DNA of 54,687 bases from positions 1 to 54,687 of IMG/VR virus record IMGVR_UViG_3300037212_000012; one strand, 5' to 3'. Below the pieces are notes generated by a model. That model had not been told where the DNA came from, did not search any database, and saw only the letters and a program-made list of their open reading frames with translations. This DNA is from a virus. Taxonomy: Duplodnaviria > Caudoviricetes. The position numbers and the translations under genes were made by a program. Shown piece by piece: positions 25,896-35,502 of the stretch (position 1 is its first letter; the number at the start of each line of letters is the position of its first letter).

Positions 25896-26831
25896 CTACG
25901 TTGTGTCGATCTCAACGACACCCTCATTGTCACGGATAGCCATTCCCACCCATTCGTAGATCTCGACCGAGTAGTTACCTATGGGCTTGAGGCCGTACCT
26001 GTCATCGATGAAGATGGCTTTGGTCTCGACCATCTTGGCGAACTCGGGGTTCTTGCTGGTCATCAGATAGACATATGATGTCGATATCTGGTCGTTGACC
26101 ATACAGAAGTTGTTCTTAGCTGCACCTTTCGGCCTACCGAGAAGTTGGGCCACGGAATCAGCCACGCTATCCCCTATGGTGCTGTTGGGGTCCTGCTGAT
26201 CCAGGGCATCAAGGGTCTCGGAATTTCCCACCAGCCAAAGCCTGTCCTGGGCGTTTCTGAACTTCGATCTGAGTTTTCCCCGAGCGTTCAGGATATCCTG
26301 GCGGATGTCTCGGCCTGGGTCAGTGAGCCATGCGCCGTTATTGGCGGTATCGACACCGTTAGACGCCGCGGCGGTTATCTTGCCGTTTGCGTTGGCTCTC
26401 GCGGCGGTCTCGAAGCCATCTATCCCGATCTTTGCCACACCCTTGTAGAATGTGTAGTCTTCCCCTCGGAAGATCTTAGCGGTTATGCCCTGGATGAGAT
26501 CAGACTGCATAGCCGGGTACTTGTTCACGTCATTCTCGTTCAGGTCGAACCCGTCACCGTAGGAGAACACCCGTGCCCTGATCTCGTCAGCTCCAATGGA
26601 GGTATGCAATCCGGGTGTGTTCTTAGGTCCGGGTACTACGGTATTTGTCGAGAGGTCAATACGTCCAACGGGGAACTCCTCGACTCCGGCGTCCATTGGG
26701 GTGGTATCTAATAACCTCCGGGCCATCTGGTTATCTATGTTGGCATCGAGCCAAAGCGTGATAAACTCGTAGTAGGCCGCCTTGGTCTCGGGTGTGAGAA
26801 TCCCTTGGAAATTTAGAGTATCTGCGGGCAT
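25896..26831 (-). CDS. Major capsid protein (HK97 fold, inferred)
   Basis: 311 aa after the protease/scaffold and decoration genes; EDYTFYKG...IDG; C-terminal AIRDNEGVVEI. Confidence 0.75.
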   Translation of the reverse strand: MPADTLNFQGILTPETKAAYYEFITLWLDANIDNQMARRLLDTTPMDAGVEEFPVGRIDLSTNTVVPGPKNTPGLHTSIGADEIRARVFSYGDGFDLNENDVNKYPAMQSDLIQGITAKIFRGEDYTFYKGVAKIGIDGFETAARANANGKITAAASNGVDTANNGAWLTDPGRDIRQDILNARGKLRSKFRNAQDRLWLVGNSETLDALDQQDPNSTIGDSVADSVAQLLGRPKGAAKNNFCMVNDQISTSYVYLMTSKNPEFAKMVETKAIFIDDRYGLKPIGNYSVEIYEWVGMAIRDNEGVVEIDTT

Positions 26832-26832
26832 T

Positions 26833-27555
26833 TTAGATCACCTGCCTCATGAGGCATTGGTATATCTTACTGTACTTGTCATTGCTGACATCTCCTAGAG
26901 CCACGGTTGACGGAAACAGCAACGTTATGAGGGTCGCCGTGAGGTCATATACGGCATTGACCTGGACATTGCCGTTATCATCCTCCAGAAGGATGAGGTC
27001 TCCCTTTGTCAAACCCATCGTGGCGGTTTCGCCTGATGTGGTCGTGATCGTCTCGTCACCTATCGCCACGGTCGAAGCTGGGTGCTTAGCCCCTTTCATG
27101 GTCACACTTTCAAGAGCCATAGCAAGCGAAGCATCAGTATAGGTCTTGCCTGCCTGAGATCCTGCTTCCTCAAGGATACCATGCGCTCCTGCGCCTGCGC
27201 CAGATCCCAAATCAGCGGGTTCCAGGTAATCGCCAAAGTCTATGTTGGCATCGGATGTATTGTTTGGCGTTACCAGGCCGATTGCCTCGCCTCTCCAAAC
27301 CGGAACCGGGTCCTTGTAGCCCCAGAAACCATCATAGGCTCCTTTGGGAAAAAGGTCTACTCTTCTACCTGCCCAGCCAAACATATAGGCGGCTGCGGTA
27401 GGCATGGCTTGAACGGTTTCGGCTAGTTTGGTGAAGGTTACGCCCACCAGAGCGGCGCCGAAGGCCACTTTCTGACCACTTGGGATGGCAAAGTTTCCTG
27501 GTATCGGGATACTGTTTGCCGTCCTTACTTCTCTATTAACTCCCATGTTTTCCAC
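26833..27555 (-). CDS. Capsid decoration/cement-like protein
   Basis: Between scaffold and MCP; VAFGAALV, DPVPVWRG, IDFGDYL. Confidence 0.55.
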   Translation of the reverse strand: MENMGVNREVRTANSIPIPGNFAIPSGQKVAFGAALVGVTFTKLAETVQAMPTAAAYMFGWAGRRVDLFPKGAYDGFWGYKDPVPVWRGEAIGLVTPNNTSDANIDFGDYLEPADLGSGAGAGAHGILEEAGSQAGKTYTDASLAMALESVTMKGAKHPASTVAIGDETITTTSGETATMGLTKGDLILLEDDNGNVQVNAVYDLTATLITLLFPSTVALGDVSNDKYSKIYQCLMRQVI

Positions 27556-27560
27556 TCCTT

Positions 27561-29381
27561 TTAGGCCTTAGCCTTCTGTCCCGCCGTGCGCAGTCGATCT
27601 ACCATCTTCTGCCTGGCGTCGCCGTCCGGCGTTCCGACTGCGGGCGTGTTGATCTGGCCCACCAGAGCAGAGTTCATCTGCTTTGTGATCTGCCTTATCT
27701 CGGGATGCTCATCGAGATACAGGCTCTCTCCCACTGTCTTGGCCTGGGTCCAATGCTCATCTATCTTAGCTGCATTGGCGGCGTTAAGTTGCTTCTTGAA
27801 GGCTCCTTTGCGCCTGTCATCCAGGACTTTAGCCTCGGCTTCCTGCCGCTTGGTGTCCGACTCATTCAATACCTTGGCGGTTCCCTCGACCTTACCAAGG
27901 CGCTCATCCACTTTTGCCACGGTATCGAGAACTGGCTTAAGGATTGCCCCTATAGCTTCCTCGACAACCTTCTTTATATCCGGCTGTGCCGGAACTTGCT
28001 CACCTGCCATGTTATCACTTCCATTCAACAAAATGCCACACCTGGGCGGCTCGCAGGCCGCGCCGTTAAGAGCTTCTGCATAATTATATGGAACATAATT
28101 ATCCTCTATGCGTTTATATTCCTTTCCTTCATAAACTCCGGGCGTATAGTCCATGTCGGCCCTATATTCCAAGCTACCGGGAATTGGTTCGTTGTTCAGG
28201 AACTTAGTTAATTTTTCTGGGGTGAGCGTTTCGGTGAAATACTGGCTGATGCCTCTAACATCTTTCTTCGCTTCTCTCGCGTGAACATCCCAAAGCTTGC
28301 CCACTCTCGGAGTCCAGGGCATGACTTCGGCATCGCCTCCCGGAACTGCTACATGTTCGGGCGTTATGGGTATGCCGTTAAGCCAATGTGCCGTATTCTT
28401 GAAGTTTTTGAAGAGCTTCAAGGTGGGTATGCCATCAGTCCCGGTAAAGACTCCTTCAGCTAGTGGAATAGTTTCTAGCTCTACTTTGTCTATGTTGTGC
28501 TCCTTCAAGAACTGTAAAGCTTCCTCGCCTGTTTTAATGTCGGCAGGGAATTGCGGGTAGACGATCTTGCCCGTTGCGCTTGCACTGGCGTTTGATGTTC
28601 TGGCGTTCAAGTGTTTATCCACGAAGTCGGCCATATCTTTGCCCATCTCGGCCTTTCCGAACTCGCGCCTGAAGATCCTGACCATCCGGGCTTGAATAGC
28701 TCTGTTGACCATGCCTGTGTGAGCGCCTGATGCAGCTCCGAAAGCTGCCTGTAGACCCTCTTTGATATAGGTAGGCTTATCGCCTGCCATGTCGCCGAGC
28801 GGATAAGAATAATCGTCCTTGTTCTGACCATCGCCTAGTGCTACATGCCCAAACCAAGGGGCAGCACCTTTCTTGCTTATCTTAGCGTCTGCATTGGTGA
28901 AGTGCGCTAGAACACGATTCTTTGCCTGGTCGCCATTCCAAGAGGCATTTAATACTTTCACGGTGCTCGCTTGGTTGTGTTGCTTGGGATTGCCAAAGGC
29001 ATCTTCGCATTGACATCCTACGTGGGCATTAGCCACGTTTTCTCCATTCGAATAATCTTCATCTATTCCCACACTCTCACCGTCCATCGCTTCACACTCC
29101 GGGCAAACATTATCGCCGCCAGCTATCCAGGTCTTAGTTTCCATACCGCCCGATAGAGCATCAACTTTATTTGCCTCAAGTCCTGCTAAGTGGGTCTCGT
29201 TATCATAAATCACCGAAAGACGCTCTTCGCTGAAATTTGGGTCTTTGATAGCGGCAATAAAATCTTTTTTTGACCCCCAGTTATCGATTAATGCCGGTCG
29301 AATTGTTTTAACTTCGCTACTCGTCATACCCTTTAAGCCATTAGCCTTGAATACGTTTAGAGCGCCTTCGGGAAGTTTCAC
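27561..29381 (-). CDS. MuF-like head morphogenesis / prohead protease-like / scaffold fusion
   Basis: NET.LA, KTWIAGGDNVCPECEAMDG, AHVGCQC (MuF); AEGVF...GIPITPEH (DUF2213-like protease); coiled-coil C-terminus. Likely GTG start at 29381. Confidence 0.7.
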   Translation of the reverse strand: MKLPEGALNVFKANGLKGMTSSEVKTIRPALIDNWGSKKDFIAAIKDPNFSEERLSVIYDNETHLAGLEANKVDALSGGMETKTWIAGGDNVCPECEAMDGESVGIDEDYSNGENVANAHVGCQCEDAFGNPKQHNQASTVKVLNASWNGDQAKNRVLAHFTNADAKISKKGAAPWFGHVALGDGQNKDDYSYPLGDMAGDKPTYIKEGLQAAFGAASGAHTGMVNRAIQARMVRIFRREFGKAEMGKDMADFVDKHLNARTSNASASATGKIVYPQFPADIKTGEEALQFLKEHNIDKVELETIPLAEGVFTGTDGIPTLKLFKNFKNTAHWLNGIPITPEHVAVPGGDAEVMPWTPRVGKLWDVHAREAKKDVRGISQYFTETLTPEKLTKFLNNEPIPGSLEYRADMDYTPGVYEGKEYKRIEDNYVPYNYAEALNGAACEPPRCGILLNGSDNMAGEQVPAQPDIKKVVEEAIGAILKPVLDTVAKVDERLGKVEGTAKVLNESDTKRQEAEAKVLDDRRKGAFKKQLNAANAAKIDEHWTQAKTVGESLYLDEHPEIRQITKQMNSALVGQINTPAVGTPDGDARQKMVDRLRTAGQKAKA

Positions 29382-29479
29382 TTTTTCCCTTTGGTTTTGT
29401 TCGCTTTCGCCTCGCATTTTACCATAGCAGTAAACTTTGCTCTTGCCGCGACTTGTTTAGCCGATGGTTGTTTTGCCAT
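29378..29479 (-). CDS. 33-aa Lys/Ala-rich microprotein (not in ORF track)
   Basis: MAKQPSAKQVAARAKFTAMVKCEAKANKTKGKK; GAGGTG SD; stop overlaps the next GTG. Confidence 0.55.
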   Translation of the reverse strand: MAKQPSAKQVAARAKFTAMVKCEAKANKTKGKK

Positions 29480-29634
29480 GTATCCTCACACCTCTCTATC
29501 TTCTTTTATTATTATTGCCATTATAATCATAATCACGGTAATGGAGGCCCCCGGTTCAAAAATCCTGACCCTCTCAGGACAACATAAGCAATAGCTAACA
29601 GCACTATCACGAATAATAGCGTTAAGAAATCCAT

Positions 29635-31050
29635 TTAAGCCACCACACCCGGCGCAGTTTTCGCGTGCAGCAATCGGTATTCATCATATAGATCTTCCAG
29701 CGTTTCGCCCGTATAGCCCGGTGGCACATTCGCTCTATGGGGCAGTTCGTCCAACCCCTGCGCCTTACGAGCCTGATTTATTGTCATGATGCCTTGGAGC
29801 TGATTTGCCCTGATGCTGCTTTGTTCGGCCTGTACGTCTTCGGGCACTATCGAGGCCCATTTAGCGGTCACCTCCCAATCGGTAAAGCCGTTCAGGTCTG
29901 CCAGAATCGTAGTATAGAACTTCTCAAGGCCACCAACGCACAGTTTACGCTTGCTGTTCGTGAGAAGCACGAACAGCTCTAGGACAGCACCGCCCGAACT
30001 GGAAAGTTTGGCACCTCCAAGGGTATCGAGCATCTTCGAGGGCATTATAGATTGTAATATACACCGCTCAATATACTGCTCCACCTCTTGTGGTTTGTTC
30101 ATCATGTTGACAGGCGGATACGAAAGGTTGCTGCCAGGCGGGAGGTTCTGCCGGTTGCCTGCGCTCTGGAGGGCTACCAATTGGTCCAGATAGTCCCAAA
30201 TCATGGGGGGCAAACCGTTCTTTAGAGCTGGCTTACCCTTGCCTGATGCATGTTCTGCCCACCAATTCATAGCTTCTACTGATGTCGTTATGACGGCGTT
30301 GGGTTCTCCTAGTCTATGTTGGCTCAAACCCAGCGAGCGTCTGCATATGTTCCAGAAGTAGATAGTAGGCAGGATGGCGCCTAATATGGATTCGTTACCA
30401 GGAAGTTCATAAGTGCATTGTAATATCTGCTCGGCGGGAATCTCGACAGGTTCGCCGCTCTTGGTCTGTTTCTGGAAATATCTTTGAACCTTAGCGGTCT
30501 TGTCGAAGACTAGGCCCCTCAAAAGGGGATCTCTAAAATAAAGATCCTGGTCTGTCATGCTTGAGGGGTTCTGCGCGAAACTCTCAGCTGCAAGATGAAT
30601 GAAAGCGCCGGGCACATTCCGGCCCTGGTCATTTATGATATTATAATTGAAAAGCGAGTGCCTGAAACCTATGGTATCGTAAAGAACCCATCGAGCCTTA
30701 TCTAGCGGGTCCACGACTTTATTTATAGCTCTTATTATTGCTTCTGCCTCTTGGACCTGCTGGTCGCTCGGTTTTTCGCCCTTTGGAGCATGGGCTATCA
30801 TTTCGACGTCTGGTAATGCGGCTTCAGCAAACGGCACCAGAGTTTGAAGCACAGGGGGCACAGAAAAGGCCGCGACTATCGAGCTGGCATTCGTGGCTTT
30901 GGCATTGTAGGAAAATTGAGGGACGGAATTGAAAGGCTGAGAAGCCACGACAGGATAAGGTGATCCAACTACGTCATAATTGGCTTTGGGCAGCGCGGGC
31001 GCGGCAGCGTTCATCTGTCTGGGTGGTGGTCTCCTACTTCTCTTCGACAT
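29635..31050 (-). CDS. Portal protein
   Basis: 471 aa between terminase and MuF; EIPAEQIL, GNESIL, GIMTINQAR..GL. Confidence 0.8.
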   Translation of the reverse strand: MSKRSRRPPPRQMNAAAPALPKANYDVVGSPYPVVASQPFNSVPQFSYNAKATNASSIVAAFSVPPVLQTLVPFAEAALPDVEMIAHAPKGEKPSDQQVQEAEAIIRAINKVVDPLDKARWVLYDTIGFRHSLFNYNIINDQGRNVPGAFIHLAAESFAQNPSSMTDQDLYFRDPLLRGLVFDKTAKVQRYFQKQTKSGEPVEIPAEQILQCTYELPGNESILGAILPTIYFWNICRRSLGLSQHRLGEPNAVITTSVEAMNWWAEHASGKGKPALKNGLPPMIWDYLDQLVALQSAGNRQNLPPGSNLSYPPVNMMNKPQEVEQYIERCILQSIMPSKMLDTLGGAKLSSSGGAVLELFVLLTNSKRKLCVGGLEKFYTTILADLNGFTDWEVTAKWASIVPEDVQAEQSSIRANQLQGIMTINQARKAQGLDELPHRANVPPGYTGETLEDLYDEYRLLHAKTAPGVVA

Positions 31051-31187
31051 TCGGCCTCAAAAGTATCTTTAGGGGTAATTGATACCTCCTGGTTTATTTA
31101 TTTATCTATATAACTTATAAAAAAGGTTAGATAAGTCGAACGGGAATTGTGAAAAAGTATCCTGACGGGCCATAGTCACCTTTTACC

Positions 31188-31214
31188 GTATCAAATAGAC
31201 TTTGAGCGTACTTG
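31188..31214. repeat. 27-bp dispersed repeat (second copy 49126-49152)
   Basis: GTATCAAATAGACTTT(G/T)AGCGTACTTG, one mismatch between copies. Confidence 0.85.
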
Positions 31215-31357
31215 GTCCTAATAGTGCTTATCGATATCTGCTGAACAGGACAGTTCGTAAGAATAGCCTTCAGGAAGCGTTGCCTTCACCGCTCGCTTTC
31301 TGAGGGCCTTGGGAAATTTCTTGTGTGTCTTTGGTCTAATTGTTATCACCAACTTGA

Positions 31358-31954
31358 TTAATATTGCCCATATTGCCCACCCACCACCGGAGCACTGCCT
31401 ACGATTTCATAAACAGGCTGTTCATCAGGATGTGCGAAGGTCAACATAACTGCATCGCCTCTATCGGGGCTTCGTTTGAGCCTTTTTTTTGTATCTTCTT
31501 TGGGCTCGATCTGTATTTGCCCTCTTGGATTATATTTGAACGTCGGTGCTGCCAGATCCGCCAAAAGTTCATCATCGGGTGGTAATAGCAGCGGTTCTGG
31601 GTTCTTAGGATCTAGCGCTTCACGAAGGGTCCACCATAGTTCTGCCCTAAGATTTGCGTAAAGCCGGTTGCCTTTCTCATCTACGATGCCCGAAGGCTCA
31701 GCCACATTTACACCATGAACGGGCAAGTCATTTGACTTTAAGATATCAACCACACCCGCCCCTAAACCTATCGAGTCTACATTTATGAGGTCTGGTTTGT
31801 GGATTCTCGCGAGTTCCTGAATTCTGCCCGCCACTTCGACGTTATCTAGCTTCTCCATTGTGATAAGTTCAAGGATTCGATTATTATCGCGAATCGCTAC
31901 TACACTTAAATCGTCTCCGAAGCGAGCAATATCTGCCCCCATTACTAAAGCCAT
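31358..31954 (-). CDS. terL: Terminase large subunit, C-terminal nuclease domain (separate ORF)
   Basis: GADIARFGDDLSV, VDSIGLGAGVVD, NLRAELWW, SPDRGDAVML. Confidence 0.9.
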   Translation of the reverse strand: MALVMGADIARFGDDLSVVAIRDNNRILELITMEKLDNVEVAGRIQELARIHKPDLINVDSIGLGAGVVDILKSNDLPVHGVNVAEPSGIVDEKGNRLYANLRAELWWTLREALDPKNPEPLLLPPDDELLADLAAPTFKYNPRGQIQIEPKEDTKKRLKRSPDRGDAVMLTFAHPDEQPVYEIVGSAPVVGGQYGQY

Positions 31955-32676
31955 AGAATCACTTTAAACCTTTTTGAGTATAATAAGCTGTTAATTAGCT
32001 CAATCCAGTAACCTTTGTTATAATTAGTTTTAGTATGGCACGAACCACATAGCGGAACTAATGCCCACTTCTTCCCATTGCAGCCCTGCTCACGGTCATA
32101 ATCAACATGGTGAACATGTAACTTTCTCTTGAGTTCTGATTCGGGCCTCTCACATATCAAGCATCCCCTATTAAATTCATCTCTAATTGAGTCCTTGAGC
32201 GTCCTATTGAATTTTGGGCAGTAAGGGGTGAAAGATGTCCCACCATTCCAATTAGGGTTTTCTTCTCCAACCATTTTACCTTTTTTTGATGCAATCATTT
32301 TGTCCCTCGTCTCTGGGTTCTTCATGGGGTTGTTTTCGAGATTTCTCTTCCTCAAGACGATGTTCTGTTTTCCATGACCTTTATTTGCCTTTCCAAACTG
32401 ATTCCCGACCAGTTGCTTTGCATATTTGGCTATAGAAGGAGAATCCTCTTTGGTCAACCCTTTATTCCAAGCTATCACACCTTTATGATTTCGGCTCATT
32501 CTTTCTCGGACTTCTTGAGAATTGGTATGTCCATAATTGGGATTTCCTGAACCTATCCAACTCAGATTTCGGCATTTTGCAGAACAGTAAACCCTTTCAC
32601 TTTTGTTTCTACGCATCTCAGATTCATATCGCTCGAATTCTGTACCACATTGAAAGCAAATAAATTTAGCTTTCAT
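31945..32676 (-). CDS. HNH homing endonuclease with NUMOD-like repeats
   Basis: CFQC...YCSAKC; GEENPNWNGG; LHVHHVDYD...LVPLCGSCHTKTN. Likely start 32676 (ATGA overlap). Confidence 0.88.
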   Translation of the reverse strand: MKAKFICFQCGTEFERYESEMRRNKSERVYCSAKCRNLSWIGSGNPNYGHTNSQEVRERMSRNHKGVIAWNKGLTKEDSPSIAKYAKQLVGNQFGKANKGHGKQNIVLRKRNLENNPMKNPETRDKMIASKKGKMVGEENPNWNGGTSFTPYCPKFNRTLKDSIRDEFNRGCLICERPESELKRKLHVHHVDYDREQGCNGKKWALVPLCGSCHTKTNYNKGYWIELINSLLYSKRFKVILWL

Positions 32677-32807
32677 TTTTTCGTTCTCCGTTCCTTGTTC
32701 CAATAGCGTGACTTGCATTTTGGATTTGGGCATATATCGGGCAACTTATCGCTGCGGGGGTGCCACTTATGACCACAGCGTTTACACTCTAAAGTTGGTA
32801 GATCCAT
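32673..32807 (-). CDS. 44-aa Zn-ribbon microprotein (not in ORF track)
   Basis: MDLPTLECKRCGHKWHPRSDKLPDICPNPKCKSRYWNKERRTKK. Confidence 0.75.
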   Translation of the reverse strand: MDLPTLECKRCGHKWHPRSDKLPDICPNPKCKSRYWNKERRTKK

Positions 32808-32819
32808 ACTTATAAGTAA

Positions 32820-33728
32820 CTACTCAATGGTATTTAATGGTTGTGTTTCTTGCCACAAATTCATAGATTTTTCTATCCAAGAGAGTGGGACGACTTGGTT
32901 CTCTCCTTTCTCCGCAAAGTCGCCAACAACACGTGCCGCATATGCCGGATGTCCTGGGCCCCATCGAACATATTTGTCATATGCCCAGGCAGGAGTGATA
33001 AGATAAGGTGCCGGAAGTGGCCCTGTTATCTTTTCTTCCCACGTACCCTTTTTGAAATCTTCCTCGGTGATACCAAAGGTCGTAAAGTTGGGAGTGTCAA
33101 AGGCTGAGGTATGACCTACATACCATCCAGACTCTCTAAAGGCTCGATAGAATGTGCCGCCTATGTTTGTTGGGTTGCCTATTAAGATTAGCCTGCAATG
33201 CTCTGAGGTTAAGACGCCCTCGATAGCCTCAAATATATCCTCACCAACTCCCGCCGCCTCATCCACAACTACTAAAAGATGTTCGGCGTGATATCCTTGG
33301 AATCGGTCGGGCATATTTGTTGATAAACCGATAGCAGCCCACTCAACACCGTCTAAGGAAAGTTGGCAAGATTTGGGCGCAATCTGCCCACCGAGATCAA
33401 TATTAGAATTATTATATGCAGACCGTATTTCTTTCCAAATCAGGTCTTCTACCTGACGCCATGTCGGAGCTGTTGTAAGTACAATTGAGTAAGGAAAACT
33501 ATACAAAAAGGTGAGTACAAGCCTAGCACAAATATACGTTTTGCCAATACCGTGTGAAGATCTCCACGCCGTTCTAGGATTATCTTTAACCGCAAGTATG
33601 ATTTCTTCCTGATCTTTCCACAGAGGAGAGCCTAGCAGATCGCGTATGACTCCTAGCGGGTCCTGCTGCATGGCTTCGATGGCCTGTTGCTCTTCGCGGT
33701 CCTGCTTGGATTGGCGCTTTTTGGGCAT
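32820..33728 (-). CDS. terL: Terminase large subunit, N-terminal ATPase domain
   Basis: Walker A SSHGIGKT, TAPTWRQV, FQGYH, Walker B VVVDEAAG, LIGNP. Confidence 0.92.
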   Translation of the reverse strand: MPKKRQSKQDREEQQAIEAMQQDPLGVIRDLLGSPLWKDQEEIILAVKDNPRTAWRSSHGIGKTYICARLVLTFLYSFPYSIVLTTAPTWRQVEDLIWKEIRSAYNNSNIDLGGQIAPKSCQLSLDGVEWAAIGLSTNMPDRFQGYHAEHLLVVVDEAAGVGEDIFEAIEGVLTSEHCRLILIGNPTNIGGTFYRAFRESGWYVGHTSAFDTPNFTTFGITEEDFKKGTWEEKITGPLPAPYLITPAWAYDKYVRWGPGHPAYAARVVGDFAEKGENQVVPLSWIEKSMNLWQETQPLNTIE

Positions 33729-33770
33729 GGTATTTTACACTTAGCAAATCTATTCTTATAGTCTATATGA

Positions 33771-34187
33771 TTATATCGAGCATTTTATGTGATGCTTCTG
33801 ACTCAAATTAGAAAAAGATTTCTTTTTGTTGAGTTCTTCTTCTGCTCGCCGTTCTTCAATCAGCGCCTCAAGTAGCAGGCTGTAGTTTATGACATCTGTA
33901 ATCTTCTCGCTCAGTAGCTTAGGCTCCGGCACTTTGCTATGATGCTCAATTGCATTGATTATATCTACCACAGAAACGATATGCTTGGCCCACATGCCCA
34001 ACAAAGCAGTCTCGGGCTCGATGTCCTGCAATGCAGCAGCCACCTTGAAGTTGTGCAGGCGGTCGCTTGTGGCGTATTCAGCGGCCTTGATCTGCAATGT
34101 TCTACCGCAGAATCCTAGCCTGGCATCAACCAGCTTATCAAAGTCTTCAGCTTTCATTTTGATCCCTCCAGCGTCGCATATCTCCAT
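33771..34187 (-). CDS. DUF1599-like / all-alpha nucleotide-associated phage protein
   Basis: KAAEYATSDRLHNF...KH...EKITDVINYSLLL pattern. Confidence 0.5.
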   Translation of the reverse strand: MEICDAGGIKMKAEDFDKLVDARLGFCGRTLQIKAAEYATSDRLHNFKVAAALQDIEPETALLGMWAKHIVSVVDIINAIEHHSKVPEPKLLSEKITDVINYSLLLEALIEERRAEEELNKKKSFSNLSQKHHIKCSI

Positions 34188-34816
34188 AGGACGATATCAA
34201 CCACAGGAACGCTATCGCCCGTCAGTTCCGAAATATGGCTACAGAAGGCTTGCACATCCTCGTATCCCTCGCCCTCGGCGATCCTCACGAGATGGCGGTC
34301 TGGTTTAGCCACAGGTAGGCCGATATTCTTGGCGAGATGGTAGCAGGTTATGGGGCCGATGAAAGAGAACTCCCGCAAGACACCGAGCGGATCTTTTGAG
34401 CCTTGGAGCCTTTTTTTGATATGAAACCAGCCATTGCCCTTGACCTTCCAGGCACCGGCTATTATGGCCCCAATCTTGCGTTTATTGTTGAAAGCCTTAA
34501 GAGCTTCAGCTTTACATTCTGTCTCATGCTCTGTTATGGCCTCGGCAGATCCGAAATCTAAGAACGCTGCTGTAATCCGTGGGAATACTTGCCTTATGAT
34601 CTTCTCTTTCATGCCGGATGCTAGGATAACCCAGGCAAGCTCTCTTAAGAAATCCTGCTCGGTCACTTTATCAAGCCTAATATTCTCCTGCCATTCGATC
34701 TCTTTTGCGTATCCGGCCTTTATTACTCGGCATTTCGCAAAGCGATACATAAAAGCTAGAGTTTCGTCGCTCATTGTTTCACCATCGCCTCGGCCCTCTG
34801 TGCCCTCTCTTTCCAT
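34154..34816 (-). CDS. HhH-GPD-like DNA glycosylase-family protein
   Basis: FSFIGPITCYHL..NIG..VAKPDRHL.R and VDIVLWRY. Confidence 0.6.
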   Translation of the reverse strand: MEREGTEGRGDGETMSDETLAFMYRFAKCRVIKAGYAKEIEWQENIRLDKVTEQDFLRELAWVILASGMKEKIIRQVFPRITAAFLDFGSAEAITEHETECKAEALKAFNNKRKIGAIIAGAWKVKGNGWFHIKKRLQGSKDPLGVLREFSFIGPITCYHLAKNIGLPVAKPDRHLVRIAEGEGYEDVQAFCSHISELTGDSVPVVDIVLWRYATLEGSK

Positions 34817-35286
34817 GTCATGATCTCAGCATAGTTGCATAGGATCAGCTCTAACAGATCATCCCAGGCTAACGTGACCAACGCGGCCTCTCGGCTCTTC
34901 CTGTGAACCACCACAGCATATTGAGTGCCCGGGCAATTGTACGAAGCCTGCTGCATGGCCCCGGAAAGCTGCAATCTCTCTGTCCTCTTGCACTCTATCG
35001 CCAACGGCAAGACCCCACTTGCTGCTTTGCTTAGTAGAATATCAACCCCCAGGTCGCCCATTGCTCGGCAAGTCACATCCTGCGCTGAGAGCTGCGGGAA
35101 AGATTTCAAGATACTGTCGCGGATCTCGTTTTCGAAAGCACGACCTTTATCCTTAACGCCACGCCCCGTGGTTCGTTTTAGAGTCTTCTTCCTAACATAC
35201 GCCGAACAAGAGTCGTTTGGGTTATCCATCGAATTATACAAGCACCCCGGAAACGCGCTACAGGATCGGCAATGATTGAGTTTCAT
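34771..35286 (-). CDS. Holliday junction resolvase-like PD-(D/E)xK nuclease
   Basis: KGRAFENEI, GVDILL, AIECKR, VVVHRKSR. Confidence 0.75.
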   Translation of the reverse strand: MKLNHCRSCSAFPGCLYNSMDNPNDSCSAYVRKKTLKRTTGRGVKDKGRAFENEIRDSILKSFPQLSAQDVTCRAMGDLGVDILLSKAASGVLPLAIECKRTERLQLSGAMQQASYNCPGTQYAVVVHRKSREAALVTLAWDDLLELILCNYAEIMTWKERAQRAEAMVKQ

Positions 35287-35502
35287 TTGTGCCTATTGTC
35301 CACAGCATTATTCCCCTTCTTTTCTTTCTCTTCGTCTTTCCGGTCCTGTTTAGCTTTGGCGATCTTCTGGTAGAGTGATGCTCTCATTTTAGCCCCATCT
35401 CTTTTAATACGGCCTCGTAGTCGTAAAGTTCATGGCTGCAATCGATGGCTCGCATGACGCCGAGCCTGGCCCTAACCTCTGCCGTCTGCTTCTCAGTTTC
35501 GA

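Noticed and set aside
65-30932. Many short plus-strand ORFs in the structural region (other than 14618-15880)
   Set aside because: They lie antisense to well-supported minus-strand genes and have no motifs.
31945-32820. Intein in terL, or amber readthrough restoring TerL
   Set aside because: Stop codons and frame changes separate the parts and there are no intein terminal motifs. Readthrough of the TAG at 32820 would only add the Zn ribbon.
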